A stretch of DNA of 64,000 nucleotides from Patescibacteria group bacterium (GCA_038065315.1 JBBTRF010000001.1:392425-456424); one strand, 5' to 3'. Numbered from the stretch's first letter, positions 1 to 8,535 are shown. The notes: generated from the letters alone by a model not told the origin. Made by a program: numbers and translations.

Positions 1-555
1 GTCGTTGATCTTTTTCAAAATTTGTACGATTTCGTAGGTGTTAATTGGGTCTAGATTGCCAGTCGGCTCATCGGCAATAATAATGTCGGGATTATTTACG
101 ATCGCTCGGGCGATAGCCACACGTTGTTTTTCCCCGCCGGATAGCTCGTGTGGAAAGTTGTGCATTTTGTCGGCCAAATCTACGAGGTTGAGCACGTGCG
201 GCACGTCCGCAGCGATATCTTCGTCGGTACGACCGGCCACCTCCATCGCAAAAGAGATATTTTCATAGGCAGTCTTCTGTGGGAGGAGACGGAAATCCTG
301 AAACACTGCGCCGATCTTTTGGCGAAATTTGGTGAGCTCTTTGCGGTTGAGCTTGTGAATATTGACCGACTCAAAAAAGACCTTCCCTCCAGAAGGTCGC
401 TCCTCAGCGAGAATCATCTTCAATAACGTGGTTTTTCCTGCACCAGAATGGCCCACAATTGACACAAACTCCTTTGGTTGGATGGAAAAAGACACATCGT
501 CCAGCGCGTGAGTCTGGTCGGCATACCGCTTAAACACCTTATCGAAATGAATCAT
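1..555 (-). CDS. ftsE: Cell-division ABC transporter ATP-binding protein FtsE (C-terminal part runs off window start)
   Basis: Manual minus-strand translation from ATG at 555 is continuous to position 1: [14 protein letters not shown]...[13 protein letters not shown] (Walker A)...[32 protein letters not shown] (ABC signature plus Walker B). Not in ORF track because it is partial. Confidence 0.85.
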   Translation of the reverse strand, partial: MIHFDKVFKRYADQTHALDDVSFSIQPKEFVSIVGHSGAGKTTLLKMILAEERPSGGKVFFESVNIHKLNRKELTKFRQKIGAVFQDFRLLPQKTAYENISFAMEVAGRTDEDIAADVPHVLNLVDLADKMHNFPHELSGGEKQRVAIARAIVNNPDIIIADEPTGNLDPINTYEIVQILKKIND

Positions 556-564
556 GTCCGCCTA

Positions 565-1515
565 TTATAGCATTTTCTCAGCTTCGATGAACTTCTCCAG
601 ATCGCCTTCGAGTACCGCATCGGGATTGCTCGATTCGATATCAGTTCGGTGATCCTTCACCATCTTGTATGGGTGGATGACGTACGAGCGAATTTGGTTG
701 CCCCATTCAATACTCGTTGTTTTGGAGATCGCCATGCCGCGCTCTTTCGCCTTGCGCTCTTCCTCCATACGTTTGTACAGCTTGCCTTTGAGGATCTCGA
801 GTGCTTTCTCTCGGTTTTGATGTTGCGAGCGCTCGCAGGAGATGTTTACTGAGAGGCCGGTCGGGATATGTACAATGCGTACTGCGGTTTCGCGGCGATT
901 GACATTCTGACCGCCCGCGCCTCCGGCGCGGGCGGTGGAGATATCCAAATCGCTTTCCGGAATATCGAGGCGCGCCGCCGAAGAGAGCGAAGCATCAAAT
1001 TTTGGCACCACTTCCACCATTGAAAAAGAGGTTTGGCGCAGCTGCTTTGAATTAAACGGTGACAGACGCACCAAGCGATGTACGCCCGACTCGTTTTTGA
1101 GCGTGCCATACACGCCATTGCTGCCGGTCGGCTTACCAGTGATCTCGAAGGTAATGTTGCGGTACCCGCCATGACTATTTTCATTGTCGTCCAGCACTCC
1201 AAGCGACCAACCTTTTGTCTCAACATATTTTCGATACATCCGGAACAACATCGCTGAAAAATCCTCCGCATCATCGCCGCCAGCACCTGAAAAAATCGTG
1301 ATCACGGCTTCGCCCTTGTCATATTTTCCACCTGGGCCGCCGCTTTTCAACTCGTCTTTCAGTTCACCCAATTCCTTCATCATCATCTGCGCCTTTGTCT
1401 TGTCAGCCCAAAAATCACCCTCGAGCATCGCGGCTTCGATCTCAGCGATTCGCGCTTCCACTTTGGCCTCTTGGGCATTTTGAGGCTTTGAGGCTTTTTG
1501 TTCAGACGCGTCCAT
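565..1515 (-). CDS. prfB: Peptide chain release factor 2 (no programmed frameshift visible)
   Basis: 316-aa ORF with SPF tripeptide (RF2-specific) and GGQ motif ([12 protein letters not shown]); contiguous single frame. Confidence 0.9.
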   Translation of the reverse strand: MDASEQKASKPQNAQEAKVEARIAEIEAAMLEGDFWADKTKAQMMMKELGELKDELKSGGPGGKYDKGEAVITIFSGAGGDDAEDFSAMLFRMYRKYVETKGWSLGVLDDNENSHGGYRNITFEITGKPTGSNGVYGTLKNESGVHRLVRLSPFNSKQLRQTSFSMVEVVPKFDASLSSAARLDIPESDLDISTARAGGAGGQNVNRRETAVRIVHIPTGLSVNISCERSQHQNREKALEILKGKLYKRMEEERKAKERGMAISKTTSIEWGNQIRSYVIHPYKMVKDHRTDIESSNPDAVLEGDLEKFIEAEKML

Positions 1516-1971
1516 GCGTCACAGTATACCGATTCCAGGTCGATTGTACAAAAGAAAAAGCCGCCCAGAGAAAGGCTGCTTGGATCCATCTCGCGTCAGG
1601 AGGGACGAATTACAGAGCGAGACAACGCGGATACAAACAACCCTGCAAAGGGCGGCACAAAGACCGAGGAGGTGTGATACGTGCAGTGGAGCAGAGACGA
1701 ACACCGACGAAGGTTCGAAGGATGATGGTGCCACCCAGCGAGCGGTGCGGCCACTTGGAAGTGGGCGTTCTGCAGACGAAGTTCACTGCGCACTGCCAAA
1801 CAGGCAGAGGATCTCTATGAATTGAAACACTGTCCAGAGGATTACGCGCGGGTCTCCGGCCTGTTAAGACCGAAGCTCCTTGCGGGGGACATTCGAGACG
1901 CAAAGCGTATCACAACCTTACCAACACCGACACCGTCAGAAACTATATGACAATACGGTGAGAAATGCAAT

Positions 1972-2047
1972 TGGAGCCAAAGCCCGGGATCGAACCGGGG
2001 ACCCCTACTTTACGAAAGTAGTGCTCTACCAACTGAGCTACTTTGGC
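1972..2047 (-). tRNA. tRNA-Thr (anticodon CGU)
   Basis: Reverse complement folds as cloverleaf GCCAAAG/TA/GCTC-AGTTGGTA-GAGC/ACTAC-TTCGTAA-GTAG../T-arm GGTTCGATCC; anticodon loop TTCGTAA gives CGT; 3' CCA encoded. Confidence 0.85.
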
Positions 2048-2227
2048 GTGGGTGAATGGTAGCAAAAATGTGACGTCGAAACAACCACAGAGAAAAAGTT
2101 CTGTTGACATTCAAGTATTTTTACTTTAGTATCCACCCCAGTCCAAAGCTCGATTTAGGGAATAAAAAGACCCCTGATACCGAGTGCACACCGACATAAA
2201 CGCAAGCAAACACACCAGTCGAACCGT

Positions 2228-3142
2228 ATGAAATCAACCCTCCGTCTGCCGACCAAACTCTTTGGTCACTGCCTCGCCTTCCCATGCCTCAGCATCACGG
2301 AAGCCGAGCTCGTCAAGATGCTCCGCTACTGCCGCGATGAGTGCGGACTGCACGGCCTCGTGGTCGTCGCTGTCCTTGTGCACGAATCCCTCACACCGAA
2401 GCGGATGGCGCAGATCTTCAAGCGGGAGAAGATGCGCGGCTTGATTTGCGGCTTTCTCGGCAACACCGGCCCCGACCCGTTTATGGGAGGCGCCGACGCC
2501 TGCCTCCTCGAACTCGAGCGACAGGCTCAATACACACTCGCCTTGGTGAAGGCCAAAGTCGGCGATCCAATCCTCTGTGGCCCAGTGCACACGCGCCACA
2601 TGACGATGCGACCGAACTGGGGCACGGACAACCTGATCGAAACCGCCTTTCTTCCCTGGATGAAGAAGCTCGACGCTCTCGCGAAAAAGCTCGGCATCAA
2701 GATTCTTTGCGAAGCGCTCAACATGACCGAGGACGGAACTTGGTCGCCTTTTTCCGCCATCGCTTGGGCAATTAAGACTGGCAAGCTCGAAAATCTCGGC
2801 CTTCATCTCGATATCGGCCACTGGGCAATGCAAGGGATGAGCATGGACGCATTCGCCGATCTCTCTGCGCTAACCGGCTATTTCGAGTGGGCCAATATAG
2901 GCAGGCATCCGCTTCGCCTGAAAGAAGGCATCGACATGCGCCTCTGGGCACAGAACCTACACCTCCTGCCAAAGGGCTGCGTGATGGGCGTCGAGACCTT
3001 CCATGACCTCATCATCAAGACGTTCGGGCTCGGAACGATCTGCACCACCAAGACGGACGGCAAGAAGTGCCTCCGGATGGACGCGAAATTCCTTCGGATG
3101 CTCGGAGTGGCGCGGCACCGGAAGCTGACGGTGGCGAAGTAA
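2228..3142 (+). CDS. Xylose isomerase-like TIM-barrel (sugar phosphate isomerase/epimerase family) protein; start uncertain
   Basis: 304-aa ORF with the LGLHLDIGHW motif typical of the xylose-isomerase-like TIM barrel (metal-binding DxGH); followed by a rho-independent terminator on the same strand. Overlapping minus ORFs look compositionally spurious. Confidence 0.45.
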   Translation: MKSTLRLPTKLFGHCLAFPCLSITEAELVKMLRYCRDECGLHGLVVVAVLVHESLTPKRMAQIFKREKMRGLICGFLGNTGPDPFMGGADACLLELERQAQYTLALVKAKVGDPILCGPVHTRHMTMRPNWGTDNLIETAFLPWMKKLDALAKKLGIKILCEALNMTEDGTWSPFSAIAWAIKTGKLENLGLHLDIGHWAMQGMSMDAFADLSALTGYFEWANIGRHPLRLKEGIDMRLWAQNLHLLPKGCVMGVETFHDLIIKTFGLGTICTTKTDGKKCLRMDAKFLRMLGVARHRKLTVAK

Positions 3143-3166
3143 GTGTCGAATTTGCACAACGTCGAA

Positions 3167-3199
3167 CCGGCGGGACCCCAGGTCCCGCCGGTTTTTTCT
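3167..3199 (+). terminator. Rho-independent terminator
   Basis: ccggcgggacc-cca-ggtcccgccgg perfect 11-bp stem followed by TTTTTT. Confidence 0.55.
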
Positions 3200-3239
3200 T
3201 TTCTATTATTTCACCGAAGGCACTGGAGTCAAAAAAATG

Positions 3240-3507
3240 AGCCGTTGATCAGGATTGAACTGATGACCTCGTCATTCGTTTACACCTCATCTTGCGAGAG
3301 GACTAGACTGTATCTTTCTCCGCTTCCGCATTCCTGCCAGAAGTGGAGACCCTTGTCAGTCGTTCGGGCGTCGAACTGTTCGGCGCCACGGTCTTGTCCA
3401 GTATTTGGATATTAACCGTTATTCGGGATTCGCGACGGAATTGCTTCCATCGTGGGCAGGGGTGACGACCCACCAATGACGTGCTCTACCAACTGAGCTA
3501 CAACGGC
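3240..3507 (-). tRNA. tRNA-Thr (anticodon GGU) interrupted by a ~195-nt group I intron in the anticodon loop (after position 36)
   Basis: 5' exon GCCGTTGTAGCTCAGTTGGTAGAGCACGTCATTGGT (3472-3507) and 3' exon AATGACGAGGTCATCAGTTCAATCCTGATCAACGGCT (3240-3276) reconstitute a canonical cloverleaf with loop TTGGTAA. The intervening 195 nt (3277-3471) ends in G, the upstream exon ends in U, and the intron contains P7/S-like AAGATACAGTCTAGTCC and R-like GAACGACTGACAAGG elements. Confidence 0.6.
3277..3471 (-). other. Putative group I intron within tRNA-Thr(GGU)
   Basis: See tRNA feature: exon U / intron-terminal G, GACTG...CAGTC P7-like pairing, size similar to the Azoarcus tRNA intron (~200 nt). 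Confidence 0.5.
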
Positions 3508-3567
3508 AACTGAGCTACCAAGGTAGAGTAATATATTTACCTTCTTTAATCAACTATCACTTTCACC

Positions 3568-4329
3568 CTACCACTTCCTCTCCAAATACGCGGTCACCGT
3601 GCGGCGCTTGAAGGCACGACCATTCAAAATATGGCGATGAGATTTTTCGAGCTTCTTGATCTCAAATTGTTCACCAAAAAATGCATCAATCTCCTCCTCC
3701 GTCCACACATGCTCGGCCAAGCCAAATTTCGGATGAATATACGAGCCTGCTTCCCCTGCCGGATTGTCACGAAGTAAACGCTTGGTATGTAAATCACCAT
3801 CGGCACAAAAGGTCTTGAAAAAGAACCACCCGCCTGGCTTCAAAATCCGTGCGACCTCGTCTCGAAACACCACACGCTGGGCCTCATTCAAAAAGTGTGA
3901 AGACATCATGTCGAGCACCACATCCACCGACTCATCAGCGAGCTCTGGAAACGTGCCCTCAATCGAACGCGCCTCAAAAGTGAGGAGCGGGGCGATGGCA
4001 ACAGAAGCATTGCCATCTTCAGCTTTCGACTCAGCATCCACCTTCTCCGCCACCGATTTGGCCTGACGAATCGCCTCGCCGGAAATATCATAGCCAATCG
4101 CCCGACATCCAAATGTCTTCGCAAAATACACCATGTTGCGCCCGTTGCCACAGCCCATATCTACCACCAAGGAATTCGCATCGATGCCGAGGATCGCCTG
4201 CGGCTCCTTCTCCCAGGCACGCGCCACCCATCGAGCAAACTTCTCCAGGTCCTCCGAAGGCTGCTCCGAAAGCGCCAGATGCTTCGGGCTCTTGTATTCC
4301 TTATTCCAAAAATCTTGATGATGAGACAT
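3568..4329 (-). CDS. Class I SAM-dependent methyltransferase
   Basis: Motif VVDMGCGNGR (SAM-binding motif I) and acidic motif II; start chosen at internal MSHHQDFW so it does not overlap the tRNA-Asp gene. Confidence 0.7.
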   Translation of the reverse strand: MSHHQDFWNKEYKSPKHLALSEQPSEDLEKFARWVARAWEKEPQAILGIDANSLVVDMGCGNGRNMVYFAKTFGCRAIGYDISGEAIRQAKSVAEKVDAESKAEDGNASVAIAPLLTFEARSIEGTFPELADESVDVVLDMMSSHFLNEAQRVVFRDEVARILKPGGWFFFKTFCADGDLHTKRLLRDNPAGEAGSYIHPKFGLAEHVWTEEEIDAFFGEQFEIKKLEKSHRHILNGRAFKRRTVTAYLERKW

Positions 4330-4380
4330 GGGGGCTAAAATGGGCGCGGCGACCAGCGAATATTGACGAAAACCGATCTG

Positions 4381-4454
4381 CGCGGCCAACCGGACTCGAA
4401 CCGGCGGTCTCCTCCGTGACAGGGAGGCGCTTTATCCAGCTAAGCTATGGCCGC
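4381..4454 (-). tRNA. tRNA-Asp (anticodon GUC)
   Basis: Reverse complement GCGGCCATAGCTTAGCTGGATAAAGCGCCTCCCTGTCACGGAGGAGACCGCCGGTTCGAGTCCGGTTGGCCGCG; loop CTGTCAC gives GTC; discriminator G. Confidence 0.9.
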
Positions 4455-4571
4455 ATAGGAACCCATTATACATATTTGAGGCAATAAGAAAAGAGCGGCA
4501 CCGCAGTACCGCCCTCTCGAAAACTACCCAACGAGCCACGGAGTGTGCTCGACGCCGACACAGGTCAGACC

Positions 4572-5147
4572 TCATCGTATGGCGAATACGGTGCCTGAAG
4601 TCGAAGGATGGGATCGTCCCAACGGAATGTTCAAGGCGAGGCCGACGATGAGGTCCCCGCTCCGGAATCCCCGCGGCGCCGAACCTTCGGTGGGATAACG
4701 ATATTGAACGATGAGATCCGTGCCAAAAAGCGGCTTGCCGGATGCTCCGCGAAATTTCCAGAATGTCCACTGATAGGCATCGGCAGCCGAACGAGCAGTA
4801 GGTTCTTGGATGTGGATTAGGCTGCTCACGTTGGGCGGCGGGACGATCCGTTCGCCGAAGACCGTGATTACTTCGCCAAAGTGTTCGACGGCGGTTTGTG
4901 CGGTCGAAACCTTCGGCTGAGCCAAAGCCAACTTCACCGGATACGGCAACCGTTCTGGTGCATTTGCCGGCAAGCTGAACGGGCCAACCCGCACCGTCGG
5001 TTTGGTCGCGACGGGGTCGAGCTTGGCATACTGCACATAGCCTCCGAGAGTGCTGCCAGGCTTCTCCTCTGCCTGCACTCGCGCACCCGACACGCCGACC
5101 AGCCAAATGGCCGTCAGCCCGACAATGACCGACTCGAGTTTTTTCAT
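4572..5147 (-). CDS. Hypothetical secreted protein (signal peptide)
   Basis: Start at MKKLESVIVGLTAIWLVGVSGARVQA (signal-peptide-like) rather than the upstream MVHVV; no recognisable domain. Confidence 0.45.
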   Translation of the reverse strand: MKKLESVIVGLTAIWLVGVSGARVQAEEKPGSTLGGYVQYAKLDPVATKPTVRVGPFSLPANAPERLPYPVKLALAQPKVSTAQTAVEHFGEVITVFGERIVPPPNVSSLIHIQEPTARSAADAYQWTFWKFRGASGKPLFGTDLIVQYRYPTEGSAPRGFRSGDLIVGLALNIPLGRSHPSTSGTVFAIR

Positions 5148-5352
5148 AGGCGTTCCTCCGACGAGACAGACCACATGGACCATGCATTACCGACATTTCA
5201 GGGATCGAAACGAGCTACAACCGACCTCGTTTTTCCTAATGAATAAGTGTATACCTGCCGGCAAAATCTGCAATATCGGATGGTGCGCGAAAAGCAAAAA
5301 AGGCCTCGTTGAGGCGTATTTTTGACGTGTTGTAATGCTGCACCACTCTTTG

Positions 5353-5426
5353 TGCCGGAGACAGGACTCGAACCTGTGACCTTCTCTTTATGAGTGAGAT
5401 GCTCTAGCCACCTGAGCTACTCCGGC
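5353..5426 (-). tRNA. tRNA-Met/Ile2 (anticodon CAU), elongator type
   Basis: Reverse complement GCCGGAGTAGCTCAGGTGGCTAGAGCATCTCACTCATAAAGAGAAGGTCACAGGTTCGAGTCCTGTCTCCGGCA; loop CTCATAA gives CAT. It is not an initiator: 1-72 are paired and there are no 3 G-C pairs in the anticodon stem. An A31-A39 mismatch is present; Met versus lysidine-Ile cannot be decided from sequence. Confidence 0.8.
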
Positions 5427-5464
5427 ATCACTAAAGAATATAGCACAAATATCGTTTTGGACAA

Positions 5465-5821
5465 TTAAATCTTTTTTGTTCTTTTTACAGTCCTAATTCG
5501 GTGACAGTTAGCACAAACAAGCTCACATCTAGATATTTCGGTCTTTATTCTGTTCAAACTTGAGGTTTTCCGCTTAAAGTCTGCCAAATTAAAGCTTTTC
5601 TTCCCAACATGGTCAAATTCTAAAACCTGAGGGTATTCTCCTCCGCAGAAACCACAATCGATACAACTTCTCATTTTTTTATATTCACAAATATACTCGA
5701 GTATTTTCTGCTTCAACCTGTTTACATACGAAATGTGCTTTTTCTTATTTTTTGGATACCACACCTCTCTCATATATCTCTTGTGGTTTTGACGATGTTT
5801 TTCTGGATCACGATATGGCAT
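5465..5821 (-). CDS. Free-standing HNH endonuclease (homing-endonuclease-like), AT-rich
   Basis: About 117 aa starting MPYRDPEK; motifs CIDCG...EFDH...CANCH (HNH / zinc-finger nuclease). GC content drops sharply over 5440-5870 relative to flanks. Confidence 0.7.
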   Translation of the reverse strand: MPYRDPEKHRQNHKRYMREVWYPKNKKKHISYVNRLKQKILEYICEYKKMRSCIDCGFCGGEYPQVLEFDHVGKKSFNLADFKRKTSSLNRIKTEISRCELVCANCHRIRTVKRTKKI

Positions 5822-5921
5822 AGTCATCATATTATATATTATTTTTATGATGCCGTTAAGAAGAATGCTTTTGAAACGAAAAACAGGCGCCATTCCGAGC
5901 GTCTGTTTTTCGTTTTCCTTG

Positions 5922-6225
5922 TTGCGGGGCCGCGAATTGCACGCGGGCCTCAAGGTTATGCTTACCACTTCGGCTTTCGCCGCACCGACTTGGCTTCGTG
6001 GTCTGGACTATACCTTCTTCCGAAAGATACTCTTGTCTCGTTACGGAAGCCTGCCATCTAGTCTCTACACCTTCCGAGATTTTGCTCGGCTTGGCTCGGT
6101 ATTGCCACCCCTCCCCAAAGTTGAGAAGACGAGGTTTCACCGAATTTGACAAGTTATCAATACCGATTACTCGATAGTGAGCCCTAAAAATTGAGCCTTG
6201 CGAGTTACTGCTTCTCTACCCCGCG
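5922..6225 (-). tRNA. Initiator tRNA-fMet (anticodon CAU) interrupted by a ~233-nt group I intron between U33 and C34
   Basis: 5' exon CGCGGGGTAGAGAAGCAGTAACTCGCAAGGCT (6194-6225) plus 3' exon CATAACCTTGAGGCCCGCGTGCAATTCGCGGCCCCGCAA (5922-5960) give a cloverleaf with the C1:A72 mismatch typical of initiators, loop CTCATAA and a CCGCG/CGCGG T-stem. The intron (5961-6193) ends in G after an exon U and contains GGCAATACCGAGCCAAGC...GAAGGTGTAGAGACTAGATGG, near-identical to the Azoarcus tRNA-Ile group I intron (IC3) core. Confidence 0.7.
5961..6193 (-). other. Group I intron (IC3, Azoarcus-like) in tRNA-fMet
   Basis: Core block similarity to the Azoarcus intron (GGCAA.GCCGAGCCAAGC ... GGUGUAGAGACUAGA); 5' splice after U, 3' terminal G. 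Confidence 0.65.
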
Positions 6226-6263
6226 ATATGTATCCAAATCACTTCCGATGATTTTCTTTGGAC

Positions 6264-6299
6264 AAAAGATAGCATACCACGGAATGAAGGCGCAATCAA
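6264..6299 (-). promoter_or_regulatory. Putative sigma70-type promoter for the intron-containing tRNA-fMet
   Basis: Minus strand TTGATT - 17 nt - TATGCT, about 40 nt upstream of the tRNA 5' end. Confidence 0.35.
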
Positions 6300-6327
6300 G
6301 AAATGTCTAAGAAATTATGAAGAACCC

Positions 6328-7074
6328 CTAAAGAAACCGCCCCTCCTTCAACACCGTCTCAAACAGCCCGATAATTCTCCGTGCCTCATGCTGAGACAGT
6401 GCAAAATTTGCACCATCATGTGCGATCCTGTTGCGCACCAAATGCGCTTCCCACGCTTTCTGCACGCTCGGAATCGTGTGCTCATTCACCGACTTCAGAC
6501 GATCCGCCACAGTGTCACCAAACGTCCCCATCCCCTTTAGCATGTCATCCAAAATAATATCTGCCTCGAGGATCGCCAAGCGCCAATCGGATTCGCTTGC
6601 TGAACTGACGTTTTCCACGACGGCAGCCCAACGCTCGGCATTACGTGCCTTCTTTTCAATCTCGGCAGACTCGTCAAAGATCGGCAATCCAACGGGAACC
6701 CCGGTCGGCAAATTGGCCGGCCCGCCATGATTTGCACTCGCACCGTGCGCCGCAGCACCCTCGGCTGCCCCATGCTTCTTCCTCGGTGCAGCCCGATGAT
6801 GCCGGCGGATTTCAATCTGCTTCGCTTGCATTCTGGCATAGATGGTACCGACAATAAAGAGGAGGGACAGGAAGATGGAGAAAAACCGTGCCGCAAATAG
6901 TGCGGTCTCAAGCGTTTGTTGATAATCCGCACCGGCAATATCAAAAAAGAAATTGATGATCCAAATGAAGATATCTTCAAACGACAGAGACGGGAGTCTT
7001 GGGATTTGGTCTGTGCTGCTCGCAGTGTTCGCCGAGCTTGCCGCGGCTTGTAAAAAAGAAAACAGAGGGTTCAT
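6328..7074 (-). CDS. Hypothetical membrane-anchored protein
   Basis: 248-aa ORF with an N-terminal hydrophobic segment (IFIWIINFFFDIAG...FFSIFLSLLFIVG) and a Gly/Ala/His-rich linker; no assignable domain. Confidence 0.5.
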   Translation of the reverse strand: MNPLFSFLQAAASSANTASSTDQIPRLPSLSFEDIFIWIINFFFDIAGADYQQTLETALFAARFFSIFLSLLFIVGTIYARMQAKQIEIRRHHRAAPRKKHGAAEGAAAHGASANHGGPANLPTGVPVGLPIFDESAEIEKKARNAERWAAVVENVSSASESDWRLAILEADIILDDMLKGMGTFGDTVADRLKSVNEHTIPSVQKAWEAHLVRNRIAHDGANFALSQHEARRIIGLFETVLKEGRFL

Positions 7075-7095
7075 TTCCTCTCTATTGTATCAAAC

Positions 7096-8529
7096 CTAGG
7101 CGAGGAAATCTTTGGCGCAGTGGAAAAGTGTCGCGTCGGCTTTGTGCGGTGCCATGAGCTGGATGCCAAGTGGCAACTGCTTCTCCTCTTTCTCGACAAA
7201 GCCTGATGGAATCGAGATCGCTGGCACGCCCACGAGGTTAGCTGTGACGGTGAAAATGTCGGCTAGGTACATCTGTAGCGGGTCAGCCGACTTTTCGCCG
7301 ATTTTGAAAGCGGGTACAGGTGAAGTCGGCGTCAAAATAAAATCAACTTTTTTGAACGCTTCCGCAAAATCAACCCTGATCATATCGCGCACGAGATTGG
7401 CCTTCGCATAATACGCATCGTAGTAGCCGGAAGAGAGGATGTAGTTGCCCATCATGATGCGGCGACGTACCTCTTTGCCAAAGCCTTCCGTGCGAGTGCG
7501 AAGATAGTCAGCGAGCAGGTCGTTACCCTCTTTCAAAGCTCCGTACTTCATGCCATCGAAGCGTGAGAGGTTCGATGAGGCTTCGGCCGGCATGATCACG
7601 TAGTACACCGCAAGCGAATATTCAATATTTGGCAGTTCGATCTCGACGATCTCATATCCAAGCTTTTTGTATTGCGCAACCGCTGCCTCAAAATTCGCCA
7701 ACACCTCGGCGTCGATACCCTCCTTCATAAAATGTCGGGGAATCCCAATGCGTTTTTTCGCCGAAGAAACAGCGGTGCTTTTTATCCCATTGAACGCACT
7801 CTCAGGCAATGTCGTACTGTCATGCTCATCATGTCCTGCCATCGCATCAAAAAGGATTTGCGCATCGTCGGCATTTTTCGCGATAGTACCAATCTGATCG
7901 AGCGACGAACCCATCGCCATCAGACCATATCGAGAGATCGCACCGTAGGTCGGTTTGAAACCAACCACCCCGCAGAGGCTCGCCGGCTGGCGCACCGAAC
8001 CGCCGGTATCCGAACCCAAAGCGGCGAGCGCCCCGAACATCGCCACTGCCGCCGCTGAACCACCAGAAGAGCCGCCGGACACACGAGACTCATCGTGCGG
8101 ATTGTGCACCGGACCGTATGCCGAGTTTTCGTTGGAGCCGCCCATCGCGAATTCATCCATGTTGGTGCGGCCAATAAACACCACGCCTTCTTTTTTGAGA
8201 CGCGCGATTGCGGTCGCATCATACGGCGCGACATACCCCTCGAGAATCTTCGACGCTGCACCCGCACGTCGACCCTTGATCAAAATATTGTCCTTCACCG
8301 CGATCGGAATGCCGGTGAGCAAACTGCCCTTTCCTTCTTTGATCAGCACATCGGCCGCCTTGGCCTGATCGAGCACATCGCTGAATACTTCGAGGTACGC
8401 ATTGATTTTGGCGTTTTTCGCAGCGATTTCGTCGAGATACGCCTGCGCCAATTGCACAGCGGTAAAGTCACCTTTTACAAAAGCGTCGTGCGCACTGCGA
8501 ATCGTGATGGTTTTGAGATCGATCTTCAT
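7096..8529 (-). CDS. gatA: Glutamyl/aspartyl-tRNA amidotransferase subunit A
   Basis: 477 aa; amidase signature GGSSGGSAAAVA with the Ser-cisSer-Lys context; typical GatA length. Confidence 0.9.
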   Translation of the reverse strand: MKIDLKTITIRSAHDAFVKGDFTAVQLAQAYLDEIAAKNAKINAYLEVFSDVLDQAKAADVLIKEGKGSLLTGIPIAVKDNILIKGRRAGAASKILEGYVAPYDATAIARLKKEGVVFIGRTNMDEFAMGGSNENSAYGPVHNPHDESRVSGGSSGGSAAAVAMFGALAALGSDTGGSVRQPASLCGVVGFKPTYGAISRYGLMAMGSSLDQIGTIAKNADDAQILFDAMAGHDEHDSTTLPESAFNGIKSTAVSSAKKRIGIPRHFMKEGIDAEVLANFEAAVAQYKKLGYEIVEIELPNIEYSLAVYYVIMPAEASSNLSRFDGMKYGALKEGNDLLADYLRTRTEGFGKEVRRRIMMGNYILSSGYYDAYYAKANLVRDMIRVDFAEAFKKVDFILTPTSPVPAFKIGEKSADPLQMYLADIFTVTANLVGVPAISIPSGFVEKEEKQLPLGIQLMAPHKADATLFHCAKDFLA

Positions 8530-8535
8530 ACTCTT

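Noticed and set aside
2234-2833. 199-aa minus ORF (and several 60-144-aa plus-frame ORFs) overlapping the TIM-barrel gene
   Set aside because: No motifs. The plus-strand 304-aa frame carries the LGLHLDIGHW signature and is followed by a same-strand terminator.
3277-3471. Alternative reading of the tRNA-Thr insertion as sitting after U33, which would give tRNA-Arg(ACG)
   Set aside because: That placement makes the insert end in A rather than the group I terminal G. The 36/37 placement satisfies both exon-U and intron-G rules and yields loop TTGGTAA.
4432-5196. 254-aa minus ORF overlapping the secreted-protein gene and the tRNA-Asp
   Set aside because: Arg-rich low-complexity translation that runs through a tRNA gene. 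The alternative frame has a clean signal peptide.
5735-6152. Three overlapping 98-108-aa ORFs (5735..6061 plus, 5847..6149 plus, 5856..6152 minus) in the gap upstream of the HNH gene
   Set aside because: The region folds as a tRNA-fMet 3' exon plus a group I intron with near-identity to the Azoarcus intron core. I first tested it against RNase P, tmRNA and SRP motifs, which did not fit. The ORFs are by-products of structured RNA.
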